A stretch of DNA of 63,725 bases, filler included, from Octopus bimaculoides (taxonomy: Eukaryota), in NCBI RefSeq assembly GCF_001194135.2. It is 6 parts of 6 records of this genome, joined end to end, with 100 filler letters (N's around TTAATTAATTAA, not from the genome) between each part and the next. Parts side by side here need not be neighbours in the genome. Positions count along the whole stretch, not along the records: positions 37,675 to 53,453 come from NC_068983.1; positions 53,554 to 58,956 come from NC_069002.1; positions 59,057 to 61,520 come from NC_068981.1; positions 61,621 to 63,725 come from NW_026385463.1; 2 more parts are not named here. The stretch is one strand, 5' to 3'. Each line of letters starts with the position of its first letter. Position 1 is the first letter of the stretch. Shown here piece after piece: positions 51,791 through 63,725 of the stretch. The notes below the pieces were generated by a model. That model was not told the DNA's origin and made no database searches. It was given only the letters and a program-made list of their open reading frames with translations. The position numbers and the translations under genes were made by a program.

Positions 51791-52880
51791 CAAGGCACAG
51801 CAATGGGAACAAAAGTTACACCAATGTTTGTGACACTAGTAATGAGAATTTTGGAAGTAAAAATCTATACCTTGCATGGAATTATTTTTGATCAGCATTT
51901 CTGATCCTATTTAGTAGAAAAAAGGTTCTTGGAATACTGCTTCATATTTTGGAACAAATGTAAGGAGGACCTTACAAGATTGCATAAATTAATAAATAAC
52001 ATTCATGAATTGATCCAGTTCACTAAAGAAATTAATAAAGGGAACTTCCTTTTCTGGATATTCTGATAACTATTAAAGGAAATGAGACAGTTATAGCCAA
52101 TTCTTGACACACATTTTTGATCTTGTCATCCATTCCACATCCGGTATATGCTCAATAGTTACAGACACAAATAGGTGAGAGAAACAATTGTTAGATCAAA
52201 TTGTGTTACTTCCATATCAAAACCAAAGCAAAAGAAATCTACATTTTTGCTTTATGGAGAAACACTCACAACGAGGGGGAAAATAAAAACAAATATAAAT
52301 ATTCCATTTGCAGTCACCCATAAATCCTAGAAATTGTAACATCTTACCTCCCAATTTTACATCAATCATCAAATCTCCAACAAATAATTAAAGAATTAAA
52401 AATTATCAACAGCCAAAGACAACCATCAAATGTCAAAAGACTAACAAAAAATAACACGAGTAACAAACCGTGGAGACCCTCATTGTGGGATGTGTGAAAT
52501 GATTGAATAAGGAACAACTAAAAGGGTCAAGGATGGAAAGGAATTGAAGGTAAATGCAAACATGAATTGCAAAACAAAAACTTATCTGCCATATCACATG
52601 TTCACAATGTAATGATAATTTACATTGGAGAAACAAGATCAAAGAGAATTACATTGGAGAAACAGGATCAAAACTAGCCAGCTGAATGACAGTGCACAAA
52701 CAGCAAATTAAAGATTCAGCTCTTAGAATAAATGCTCCAAGCAGTGTACATCTAGACATTTGTGCAAATGGAAAATTAAAAATATTTCCTTTTTTTTATG
52801 AAAATAAAATAAAATTATTAGTAACAAAAAGGCAAAAGAAGAATACTTTATATGAATTCTAAATGCAAAACTACATCAGA
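51791..52880 (+). mobile_element. Penelope-like element remnant (RT C-terminus plus GIY-YIG endonuclease)
   Basis: QGTAMGT..; degenerate YxDD (KRFLEYCFIFW); LINNIHELIQFTKE..FLDILI; later C..C..NCKTKNL..YIGET..R...HKQQI; many stops and frameshifts. Confidence 0.8.
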
Positions 52881-53267
52881 AATAGTCAACACCATTACTA
52901 AAAAAACTTCCTTTAAAACAGATTAACCCAGAATACATTTGAAAAGTTGAACAATAAAAGCACTGACACACAATACAGAAACTTATTTCTAAAAAGCTCA
53001 TGTCATTCTGTTTTGACAAAAACGTTTTTAAAAATATTTAATAACTTCAAAAGTCTTTCTTTAAATATGAAAGTATTGAGTATTTTTTGCAAAAACTTTT
53101 AAATACACACACACGCACATACACACACAGAGGCAAACATACACATGCACACATCTGGCTAACAAAAGTAATGCATTCTTTTAAAGAAGTTTTATAGTCA
53201 ATGGCTTAGTACCCTAATTTTAAGAGAAAATAGACAATATAACTAAATGAATATAGAAAATATAAGT

Positions 53268-53425
53268 AGTGGCTGTGTGGTAAGTATCTTGTTTACCAAC
53301 CACATGGTTCTGGGTTCAGTCCCACTGCGTAGTACCTTGGGCAAGTGTCTTCTACTATATCCTTGGGTCAACTTAAGCCTTATGAGTGGATTTGGCAGAC
53401 AGAAACTGAAAGAAGCCCGTTGTAG
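53268..53425 (+). mobile_element. SINE-A 5' half, truncated by a gap
   Basis: Head and core match the family. Confidence 0.8.
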
Positions 53426-53553
53426 ATTTATATATATATATATATATATATATNNNNNNNNNNNNNNNNNNNNNNNNNNNNNNNNNNNNNNNNNNNNTTA
53501 ATTAATTAANNNNNNNNNNNNNNNNNNNNNNNNNNNNNNNNNNNNNNNNNNNN

Positions 53554-53616
<63 letters not shown>

Positions 53617-55749
53617 CGTGTGTGAACGCGTGCGCACACGTCCATGGGCGTGTGTATGTGTAGATACATAAATACAAATAGACAGGCAGATATATAGTTT
53701 GTGCACCAATAACTGTGCATTAGGTGTAGCTAAATTCCATGCTGTTGTACGTCAGTTTTTAATACCTACGCTGTGAATGTAAACAGTTGTAAAAACATCT
53801 GGTTATTCTCTTTGTAAAGGGAGAATAAAATTTATTTACAACCGTTTCTTATGCAGCCCAGGCGGTAAAATCTGGAGTCTAAATACATCAAATTTATGTC
53901 ATATGTGTTATGTATGTACATAGCGTATTTGTTTGTGTGTAAGCATATACATACATACATACATACATACATACTGAGTGGTATAATTTTCAACAAGTTG
54001 TATAGCACTTGATCGGTTAAGAGAATAAAAATATTATTATAATAAAATCCACCAAAAATCATTGTAAATTCTAGCCGAGATATTAATTTATTTCGCCATT
54101 TTACTGTGACGTTAATTATCTCCCTTGTGGTTTTCTTTGTTTGTTTTTTTTTGGTGGTGGGGGTTCCTTTTTTTTTCTCTAAATGTGCGTGCTCAATGTA
54201 TACATGGAATGCAGCGAACGCAGTTACAACATTGTTTTGTTTCTATCAGCTTGATATAAGGCGAAACAAATAAATACCCCCCCCCCACACACACACACAC
54301 ACACACTTATACACTTACTGCTCCTTCATTTCTTCAACTTAACATAAATTATTCTTCCAAATAGATTTAGCTGTCTACAATTTATTAATTCTTGTGTAAA
54401 AACTGAGCTGGTAGCGATATTCTTGTATTTATTTAGAAATGAAAGATCCATTCTCTCAACCAACAGATGTTTATCATTACTTTTATTTCATATTTTGCTT
54501 TCATTTCCGTGACATTGCGTCATTATTGCATACTGTCTAACAGCTTGTAAAATTGTCACCTTATCCTAGCAGCAAATTGCAATTCTGTGCTTCTCTAGGC
54601 TTGACTCCATTTACCGACACTTTGGTCAACTTCTTTTATTATAGTCTTGGCTTAACTAATAATTTGTGAGTTGAATTTCGTAGGCAGGAATTTAGCAGAA
54701 GAATGTCATACGTTGTATGTTCCCAAGCTTAACAGTGCGATAAATGGATATTGCTAAAATATTACCAGATTTTGAAATAATTACTAGAATGATATACGTA
54801 ATGAAAAAAAAAACCCGTCCACTCGCTGCCCCTACGTGGCCACAGTCCAATGATTGAAACAAGTAAAATAGTAAGGCGCATGTGAAAATTGAAGATAGGA
54901 GCACTCAGTACATGGAGTAAAGCTCAAAATTATTGGAAAACAATAAAATTACGGCATCTTAGTTTCACGCAGTCACACTTGTAAGCGAGGTTATGATAAC
55001 TCCTCAGATTAATTTGTGAATAATGACAGATGTTAAATCCATAGAAGAAAATCTAAAGCTGGTCGTCGTGGATTAAAGTTGATCACGTGATAAGATTTAT
55101 TTTGGTATATAAAGCCACTGTTCTTCAACTACACTGCATTCGTATTATTGAAGAGCGGGGTGCTTTACAGCTAATACTTGCAAGGGCAATTACTCTACGC
55201 AGTTGAAGTCAATTTTTTAGAGACGATATTTAAGAGCCGATTTCTGTGTATTGTGGAGTTTAGGTGTCCTGCAATTCTTGAAATTTTCTAAGAGGAATCT
55301 CTTCTTGTGTCGACAGTTTGACAAATTTTATGATCACCAATTAACAAATGTTGCGAGATGCTCCAGAATCTGAAACTTTTGAGTTCCGTGTCCTGTTTAA
55401 GTATAACTTGACCCTATCAACGTTGTTCCGAGTTAGGAGAGCTTGTCAACTACTGGCCCCCTAGCTTCCAGTCTAATTGGAATGCATAAGGTAATAATCT
55501 TTGTTCCCTGTTTGACCTGTATGTTTCTTTTTGATAATGTGTTATGGCTGATCAGAGTACAACTTCTTTGGTGAAGCAGAATCACATGAGCAGACACTTA
55601 AATAGTGTTCGTAGTTAAATGTTGGCTGGTGATATGTGACTTTGTAGGAGTGTAAGTGTGGTTGCATTGGTTCATCTGGAAATTATATTGTTCATAGAGG
55701 ACTTAACTTAAAACTAGGTTCCTGCTGCTACAATAGACAATAGTCTTAG

Positions 55750-57532
55750 GATAGCAGCTTTGCTGAACACTTCCATGAGTTTTTGACAGATGAAGTGTTC
55801 CAATATATAGCGGATGAAACAAATGACTATGCTGGAAACTATCCCCCGCGTTTCAGACACGGGCCTGGCAGTGATTGGGTTCCAACCACAGGGAACAAAG
55901 TCAAAGTTCTGCTTGCCCTGCTGATACTGATGAGAATCGTGAAGAGACCGACCCTGGCGTCGTATTGTTATCAGGATCCAGCCACGTCGACACCTTACTT
56001 TCCGAAAACGATGCTACATGATCAATTTCTGCTGCTTCTTCGAAATTTACATTTCAACTCAGGCGAGAACCAGGATGACAGGCTGCACAAAATACGTCCT
56101 ATCGTTGACGAAGTGGCTGAAAATTTCAGAACAGTGTGTGTCTCTACATAGGACATTTGTACGGACGAGAGTTCGTGGAAATTCAAAAGAAGGCTCCGAT
56201 TCAAACAATACAACCCGACCAAACGTGCCCACTTTGGAGTCAAGGTTTATAAAATACGCCAGTCAACTGGCAGAGCCTGTGGGTACACATAGAATTACAA
56301 AATCTACACTGGTCAGGACAGATCGGATCTTCCAGCGACTACTCTAGCGTCAACTGACGTAGCGTTGTTGCTGAATGAAAACTTATTTGACAAAGGCTAC
56401 AATATTTATATGGACAACTGGTTTTCCAGTCCAGACCTCTTCCTGCCGCTGCAGGCGAGGAGGACTAAAGCCTGTGGGACTGTGAGGATGCACAGAAAAG
56501 TCATACTGCTGATCATCACAAGATAAAACTTCAAAAGGGGGAAAAAAGCGTACCAATGCACCGATTGTAACATTCTCGCTCTTGTGTGACGTGACAAGGA
56601 AAACGTCTGCATGTTATCCACAATGCATTCTGCAAGCATGAAGGACACTAGGAAACAAGATGCTGACGGTAATGCCATAATGAAACCAAGTGTAGTTGTT
56701 TCATACAGTGACGGGATGGGCGGGGTCGATCGCTCAGATCAGCTGGCGATGACACATAAATCGCTGAGAAAATTTGTGAAATGGTACAAAAAATGTTTTT
56801 GTTTATAGTTGACATGTGTGCCGTGAACTCACATTTGATTTGGCAGATGCTTGGCGGTGTGGGAGATGGATTGACATTCAGAAATTGATTGTTCTGTTAA
56901 ATGATAGAAGCATCAGACCTGCCAAAGTACAAAATGTGTGGACGTACCCACACCAGACTCTCTCCTCACCGCATGGTGAAGGGACGTGGCCATTTTCCAC
57001 GACTGTTTCCTCCCCACTGCCAAGAAGACAAATGCTTCAAAGAGATGCACACTATGAAAAGCAAAAGGAAAACCTAAGGAAACTAGATACCATTGTTCAC
57101 AATGTGATATGCCACTGTGTGTGTGGTACCCTGTTTTGAACTCTACCACACTAAAGTCAATTTCTGAATTTACATGACTGTCAATACATGAAGTTGATCT
57201 GACTTGTGCTGTCGGGTGATCTTATTCAGGAATAATACCGCATGAGTGTCCTGCACATGGATACAGTTTAGGTAAATAAACAGTACTTGCACTAAAGCAG
57301 TTGATGCAAATCTACGCTGAACGTTATCTCGCAGGGAATACTGACCTCAATTGGCGCAATTACCATTGTCGTGCAAAGGCAACTAAATGAATCATTGCCG
57401 TAAACTGGTTAAAGTGGTTGATGTAAATATACGCCGAACCATTGATGTGTGTTAATTGCTGATCTCAGCTGAGATGATTACCGTCAATGCAACCTAGTTG
57501 CTTGTTAAAAATGAAAACCGCTGTCATGGAAG
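55750..57532 (+). mobile_element. piggyBac transposon remnant: 5'-truncated PGBD4-like transposase pseudogene (55750-57167) plus 3' subterminal region
   Basis: One frame with internal stops: FLTDEVF..ETN.YA; LHKIRP; catalytic-triad motifs TDES, MDNWF, GGVDRSDQ; KWYKK; then a frameshift and a Cys-rich tail ETRYHCSQCDMPLC..PCFELYH; TTAA at 57533-57536 is a plausible right end. Confidence 0.92.
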
Positions 57533-57813
57533 TTAATACAATTTTTTTGCAAAGTGATACCAATGCTGCAATGAATATTAGAAGCTGCCGTCGTTGAAAA
57601 TCAATTCGAATATATTTTTATTAATAAGTTTGTGCTAATTAATTTTTGTGTGTGTTTATTGTTGTGAACGTTTGTATCTGTATGTATATGTCTAAGTGTA
57701 TACATGTGTGTATGTGTGTGTGCACATCTGGCGTGTGACATACAATGTACATGTACGAAACGCTGATGATATTAAGACTTGAGGTATTACCAAACCAACT
57801 GGACTAACAGTGA

Positions 57814-58422
57814 CGAAGAAGAAGAAGAAGAAGAAGAAGAAGAAGAAGAAGAAGAAGAAGAAGAAGAAGAAGAAGAAGAAGAAGAAGAAGAAGAAGAAGA
57901 GGAGGAAGAAGAAGAAACAACAAAAGCTATAAAACAAATGAAATCCAAACTAAAACTAGAACAGCAACGAACCNNNNNNNNNNNNNNNNNNNNNNNNNNN
58001 NNNNNNNNNNNNNNNNNNNNNNNNNNNNNNNNNNNNNNNNNNNNNNNNNNNNNNNNNNNNNNNNNNNNNNNNNNNNNNNNNNNNNNNNNNNNNNNNNNNN
58101 NNNNNNNNNNNNNNNNNNNNNNNNNNNNNNNNNNNNNNNNNNNNNNNNNNNNNNNNNNNNNNNNNNNNNNNNNNNNNNNNNNNNNNNNNNNNNNNNNNNN
58201 NNNNNNNNNNNNNNNNNNNNNNNNNNNNNNNNNNNNNNNNNNNNNNNNNNNNNNNNNNNNNNNNNNNNNNNNNNNNNNNNNNNNNNNNNNNNNNNNNNNN
58301 NNNNNNNNNNNNNNNNNNNNNNNNNNNNNNNNNNNNNNNNNNNNNNNNNNNNNNNNNNNNNNNNNNNNNNNNNNNNNNNNNNNNNNNNNNNNNNNNNNNN
58401 NNNNNNNNNNNNNGATGAAGAA

Positions 58423-58466
<44 letters not shown>

Positions 58467-58538
58467 AGAAGAAGAAGAAGAAGAAGAAGAAGAAGAAGAA
58501 GAAGAAGAAGAAGAAGAAGAAGAAGAAGAAGAAGAAGA
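57814..58538. repeat. (GAA)n tracts on both sides of an N gap
   Basis: Direct; source of the poly-E/K/S/F ORFs. Confidence 0.95.
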
Positions 58539-58920
58539 ATGTGACGATGACGATGGTGAGGGCGACGACGACGACGACGATGATGAAGATGACAAAGTGA
58601 TACTCTGAGTTAACAAAGTGAAAAACGAGGTGAATGTAGTAGGTGGAGGCTGTGATGTGCCAGGAAACAACATGGTGAAATGGCAGATTGGGTCACGTGG
58701 TCACTTTTGAAATCGGTATAAAGTTGTTGTTGTTGTTGTTGTTGTTGTTGTAGGACATAATGTTAAATGGAATTTTCCACGAATTTTTAAGAAGATAAGT
58801 TTTCGAAATTTAATTTGCTTTCAATTTGTTTCGCTGATCGATATGTGTGTGTGCGCGCGTGTGCGTGTGCGTGTGCGTGTGCGCGTATACATATAAATAT
58901 ACCACGAATAAATCGTGCTT

Positions 58921-58956
<36 letters not shown>

Positions 58957-59069
58957 NNNNNNNNNNNNNNNNNNNNNNNNNNNNNNNNNNNNNNNNNNNN
59001 TTAATTAATTAANNNNNNNNNNNNNNNNNNNNNNNNNNNNNNNNNNNNNNNNNNNNATATATATATATA

Positions 59070-59770
<701 letters not shown>

Positions 59771-60260
59771 TGCAAACATGAACAATATACATAACAGAAA
59801 ATATTCCATCCTCTCAATTCCAATGCTATAGTGTCAGACATCTTTGTTAGTGGAAAGACCAACAGCGACACCTGTTCACCTCATTCCTGCTGACTACCTG
59901 GATCTCGTAGGAATTTTCCACAAGCTAGCCAGACAAGAGTTAAGAGGATTAACAGGAAAGGATTTGCTACAAGGCAGATCAGAGAAAATTTTCTTAATCC
60001 TATTAAAACTCTTGTCCAGATCAAGACCAAAATCCGTTCTCTAGCGTATTTGCGGTTATTTTGACCTTTGTCATTTCTGCTCGATTTCTTTGTCTCTTAG
60101 ATATGTCTATCTCAATGTATGTGATTCACCATCTTTAACTGTAGGTATCTATGTTTCTATTCATATATAACCATCTTTCAGATTTTATCTGAATATATAT
60201 TTATTTAGCCGTAAATCTTTCTGTACATATACACACATACATACATACTTATACACATAC

Positions 60261-60309
<49 letters not shown>

Positions 60310-61482
60310 NNNNNNNNNNNNNNNNNNNNNNNNNNNNNNNNNNNNNNNNNNNNNNNNNNNNNNNNNNNNNNNNNNNNNNNNNNNNNNNNNNNNNNNNNNN
60401 NNNNNNNNNNNNNNNNNNNNNNNNNNNNNNNNNNNNNNNNNNNNNNNNNNNNNNNNNNNNNNNNNNNNNNNNNNNNNNNNNNNNNNNNNNNNNNNNNNNN
60501 NNNNNNNNNNNNNNNNNNNNNNNNNNNNNNNNNNNNNNNNNNNNNNNNNNNNNNNNNNNNNNNNNNNNNNNNNNNNNNNNNNNNNNNNNNNNNNNNNNNN
60601 NNNNNNNNNNNNNNNNNNNNNNNNNNNNNNNNNNNNNNNNNNNNNNNNNNNNNNNNNNNNNNNNNNNNNNNNNNNNNNNNNNNNNNNNNNNNNNNNNNNN
60701 NNNNNNNNNNNNNNNNNNNNNNNNNNNNNNNNNNNNNNNNNNNNNNNNNNNNNNNNNNNNNNNNNNNNNNNNNNNNNNNNNNNNNNNNNNNNNNNNNNNN
60801 NNNNNNNNNNNNNNNNNNNNNNNNNNNNNNNNNNNNNNNNNNNNNNNNNNNNNNNNNNNNNNNNNNNNNNNNNNNNNNNNNNNNNNNNNNNNNNNNNNNN
60901 NNNNNNNNNNNNNNNNNNNNNNNNNNNNNNNNNNNNNNNNNNNNNNNNNNNNNNNNNNNNNNNNNNNNNNNNNNNNNNNNNNNNNNNNNNNNNNNNNNNN
61001 NNNNNNNNNNNNNNNNNNNNNNNNNNNNNNNNNNNNNNNNNNNNNNNNNNNNNNNNNNNNNNNNNNNNNNNNNNNNNNNNNNNNNNNNNNNNNNNNNNNN
61101 NNNNNNNNNNNNNNNNNNNNNNNNNNATATATATATCTGCCTACAGCCTCGTTGTACATCAATCGAACGTTTTGAATATTGATCGTTCTAGAAATATTCT
61201 TGATGCTCTGTCTTAATAGCTATTTGACAATAATTTTTCCTCCTGTATCCCTTTAGCTTTTCTCTTTCTGTGTCAAAACCCAAAATGTGTGTATGCATCT
61301 GCGTGCACGTTCGTATGTATCTATTTATACATACGCATACATATAGCTATATGCATGTATATATGTATGTATCTATGTATGTGTATATATGCATAAATAT
61401 TCTTATAAGTGCATGTGCATAGATAGGTCTTATATGCACCCACTCCAAACATGTATACGTAAAATACATGCATGTTATATAC

Positions 61483-61520
<38 letters not shown>

Positions 61521-61754
61521 NNNNNNNNNNNNNNNNNNNNNNNNNNNNNNNNNNNNNNNNNNNNTTAATTAATTAANNNNNNNNNNNNNNNNNNNNNNNN
61601 NNNNNNNNNNNNNNNNNNNNGTAGAATATCATGCGTTTCATGTATTTAAAACGTTGCATTCCGATTTTTAGACATACATACATACATGTATACATACACA
61701 CATACATACATTCCATCGCATACACAGTATGACCTTCGGTTTATACCGCCCCTC

Positions 61755-62075
61755 TATTTTTTTTGACAATGAGTTTTGAAGCCTGGACAGAACGAAGCCA
61801 CTAATTTCTTTTGTTGGGGTTACGAAAATAGGTTCAGTTTCCATGCCCAATTACAATTCGACCCCATCTCCAGAGTATGTCAGCAGCTTTTTGTAAATGC
61901 TCGTACGACATTGAGCCTGGCCATTGGTTAGGTCGACAGCGTCTGTTCACGAGGCCAAGCTTATGGAGGTGTCGGTTGATAGTGCTTTGTGAAGGACCAA
62001 GTTCTGCCGAAAATGTACTAGCGTTTGTACTTGGTTGCTGTTCAAATATTTTAAGCAAGGCCTCACATTCCACAA
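61755..62075 (-). mobile_element. Mariner transposase fragment (HTH to first D motif)
   Basis: ..EQQPSTNASTFSAELGPSQSTINRHLHKLGLVNRRCR..; RIVIG.. (IVTGDEKW equivalent) then YF.NPNKRN.WL; frameshifted. Confidence 0.7.
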
Positions 62076-62089
62076 CATGAGGCCTCCCT

Positions 62090-62198
62090 AAGGCGGCGAG
62101 ATGTCAGAAACGTTAGCACAACGGGTGAAATGCTTAGCGGTATTTCGTCTGCCGCTTCGTTCTGAGTTCAAATTTTCGCCGAGGTCGACTTTGCCTTT
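62090..62198 (+). mobile_element. SINE-B 5' part
   Basis: AAGGCGGCGAG..GTTCTGAGTTCAAATTT..GAGGTCGACTTTGCCTTT. Confidence 0.8.
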
Positions 62199-62600
62199 AC
62201 AGAGAACAGAATACAAAAAGAATGGAACTCAGAGTTATGGAGAACATGCAAAAGAGCGATAAGTTTAAATCTGAAAATTTCAGAACAAAGGGAAGATGTT
62301 ANNNNNNNNNNNNNNNNNNNNNNNNNNNNNNNNNNNNNNNNNNNNNNNNNNNNNNNNNNNNNNNNNNNNNNNNNNNNNNNNNNNNNNNNNNNNNNNNNNN
62401 NNNNNNNNNNNNNNNNNNNNNNNNNNNNNNNNNNNNNNNNNNNNNNNNNNNNNNNNNNNNNNNNNNNNNNNNNNTTTTACGGGGAATACGTTTTGTTTTT
62501 CAGTGTGATAACGGCCATAAATAAACCTGCTATAAAAGTGAAAGCCAGATTATATTGCTAAGTTTTATCTTAGTTATACTATTTATTTATCTATTTAGTC

Positions 62601-62657
<57 letters not shown>

Positions 62658-62659
62658 TC

Positions 62660-63400
62660 AATAGATTATTCTTATTGCGTGTTTTCATTGCATTACTTAT
62701 CGCATCTCTGGGTATGTGCTTGGATAACGTCGTGTGCTGTGTTTTTGGTGTTGTTATTTTTTTACTGTATTGAAAGTGCTCTACGTAGAACGTGTGAGGT
62801 GCCTTGCGGTGCTATTTCCTCTATGTTTTTCTTTTAAACTGTATTCGTAATTCCTTGGGTTTTGTTTATCATGTTTTTGAACACTCCCGAAGCGCTAATT
62901 ATGATAGGAATTGTTTCTGGTTTCAGGCTCCACATTCGAATTATCTCTGTTTCCAGACCATTTTATTTCGACAGCTTTTTCATTTCTACCAGAGATATAT
63001 TGTCATCTGTTGGGACTAATAGATCTGTTAGGCGACACTTTTTGTCTTGGCGATCCTTAAAACAATATCTGGTCGATTTGCCTTGGTCTCTTTCTGTGTA
63101 TTGGTTGATCCTAGAATATGGTTGCTTTGCTCTTGTCGGAGACATATCCCTGTGTATGCCAAAACTCTCTCTTTTCTGTTGGTATTTCATAATACTGGCA
63201 CAACTTCCTGTGTATAAAGTCCCAAACATGTCATGTCTAAGAGTATATTTTTCCTTCGCTAAATCCGGGCAGCCAAAAGCAATGCTATTAATGGCTTCTT
63301 CCTAATCTCCATATGTTTTACAATAACTTTTTTCTACTTCTTTACATGTCTTTGGTTGTGTCTTATCGGGAAGTTTTAATTCTGTGCTACAATCAACAAA
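62660..63400 (-). mobile_element. RLE-type (R4/Dong-like) LINE 3' end with CCHC knuckle remnant
   Basis: ..EEAINSIAFGCPDLAKEKY..RHD..; KKCRLTDLLVPTDDNISLVEMKKLSK..PIII; the 3' UTR runs into the (TAT)n tract at 62600-62660, which is (ATA)n on the element strand. Confidence 0.8.
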
Positions 63401-63725
63401 ACTTCAATCTTTGAATCTTATACTTCTCAACCGGTGTTACGATTTGTCTTTGTCTATTTCCACCCTGTTCAGCTTTCAGCAGTACTGGCCACATAGGTGA
63501 TGAGTTTATCATGGCACACTGTAGTCCTAATTTTAGTTTAGATTTTAGCTGTTTCACGATTTCTGATGCTTTTCTATTTTCTTCATCGCTATCAATTATT
63601 ACAGCCTCTATTTTCTATTTGTTGACTATCTTGAATACATAAAACAGTTACTTGTTATATAGATGCTTCGTAGCTCATTGCGATATTAATTTTTCATGAT
63701 TCTGTGCAAGCTATTGGGAACCTGT

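Noticed and set aside
59844-60044. 66-aa ORF LVERPTATPVHLIPADYLDLVG..
   Set aside because: Non-ATG start, no recognisable domain and no clear splice boundaries.

Overview
Eukaryotic draft-assembly DNA: AT-rich, microsatellite-dense, with many N gaps. The SINE families and repeat landscape look like an octopus (coleoid cephalopod) genome; this is inference from recognised repeat motifs, not a database hit. No intact protein-coding gene, true tRNA/rRNA gene or CRISPR array is supported, and almost all listed ORFs are microsatellite or N-gap artefacts. Recognisable content is a transposon graveyard: five decayed Tc1/mariner copies, a piggyBac transposase pseudogene (55.7-57.5 kb), TTAA-flanked and TA-flanked MITEs, Tx1/L1-type LINE fragments, three or four restriction-like-endonuclease (R4/Dong-like) LINE 3' ends in (AAT)n arrays, Penelope-like fragments, and many copies of two tRNA-derived SINE families (here called A and B). 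Most interesting observations: (i) a 3'-terminal motif shared by the putative Tx1-type LINE tail, a SINE-B variant and a 134-bp insert, with non-random landing sites in (ATT)n arrays or tRNA-like A-boxes; (ii) four long hairpins or palindromes; (iii) an apparent CpG-depleted domain at about 37.7-54 kb containing a candidate minus-strand exon (44228-44602), possibly a methylated gene body.
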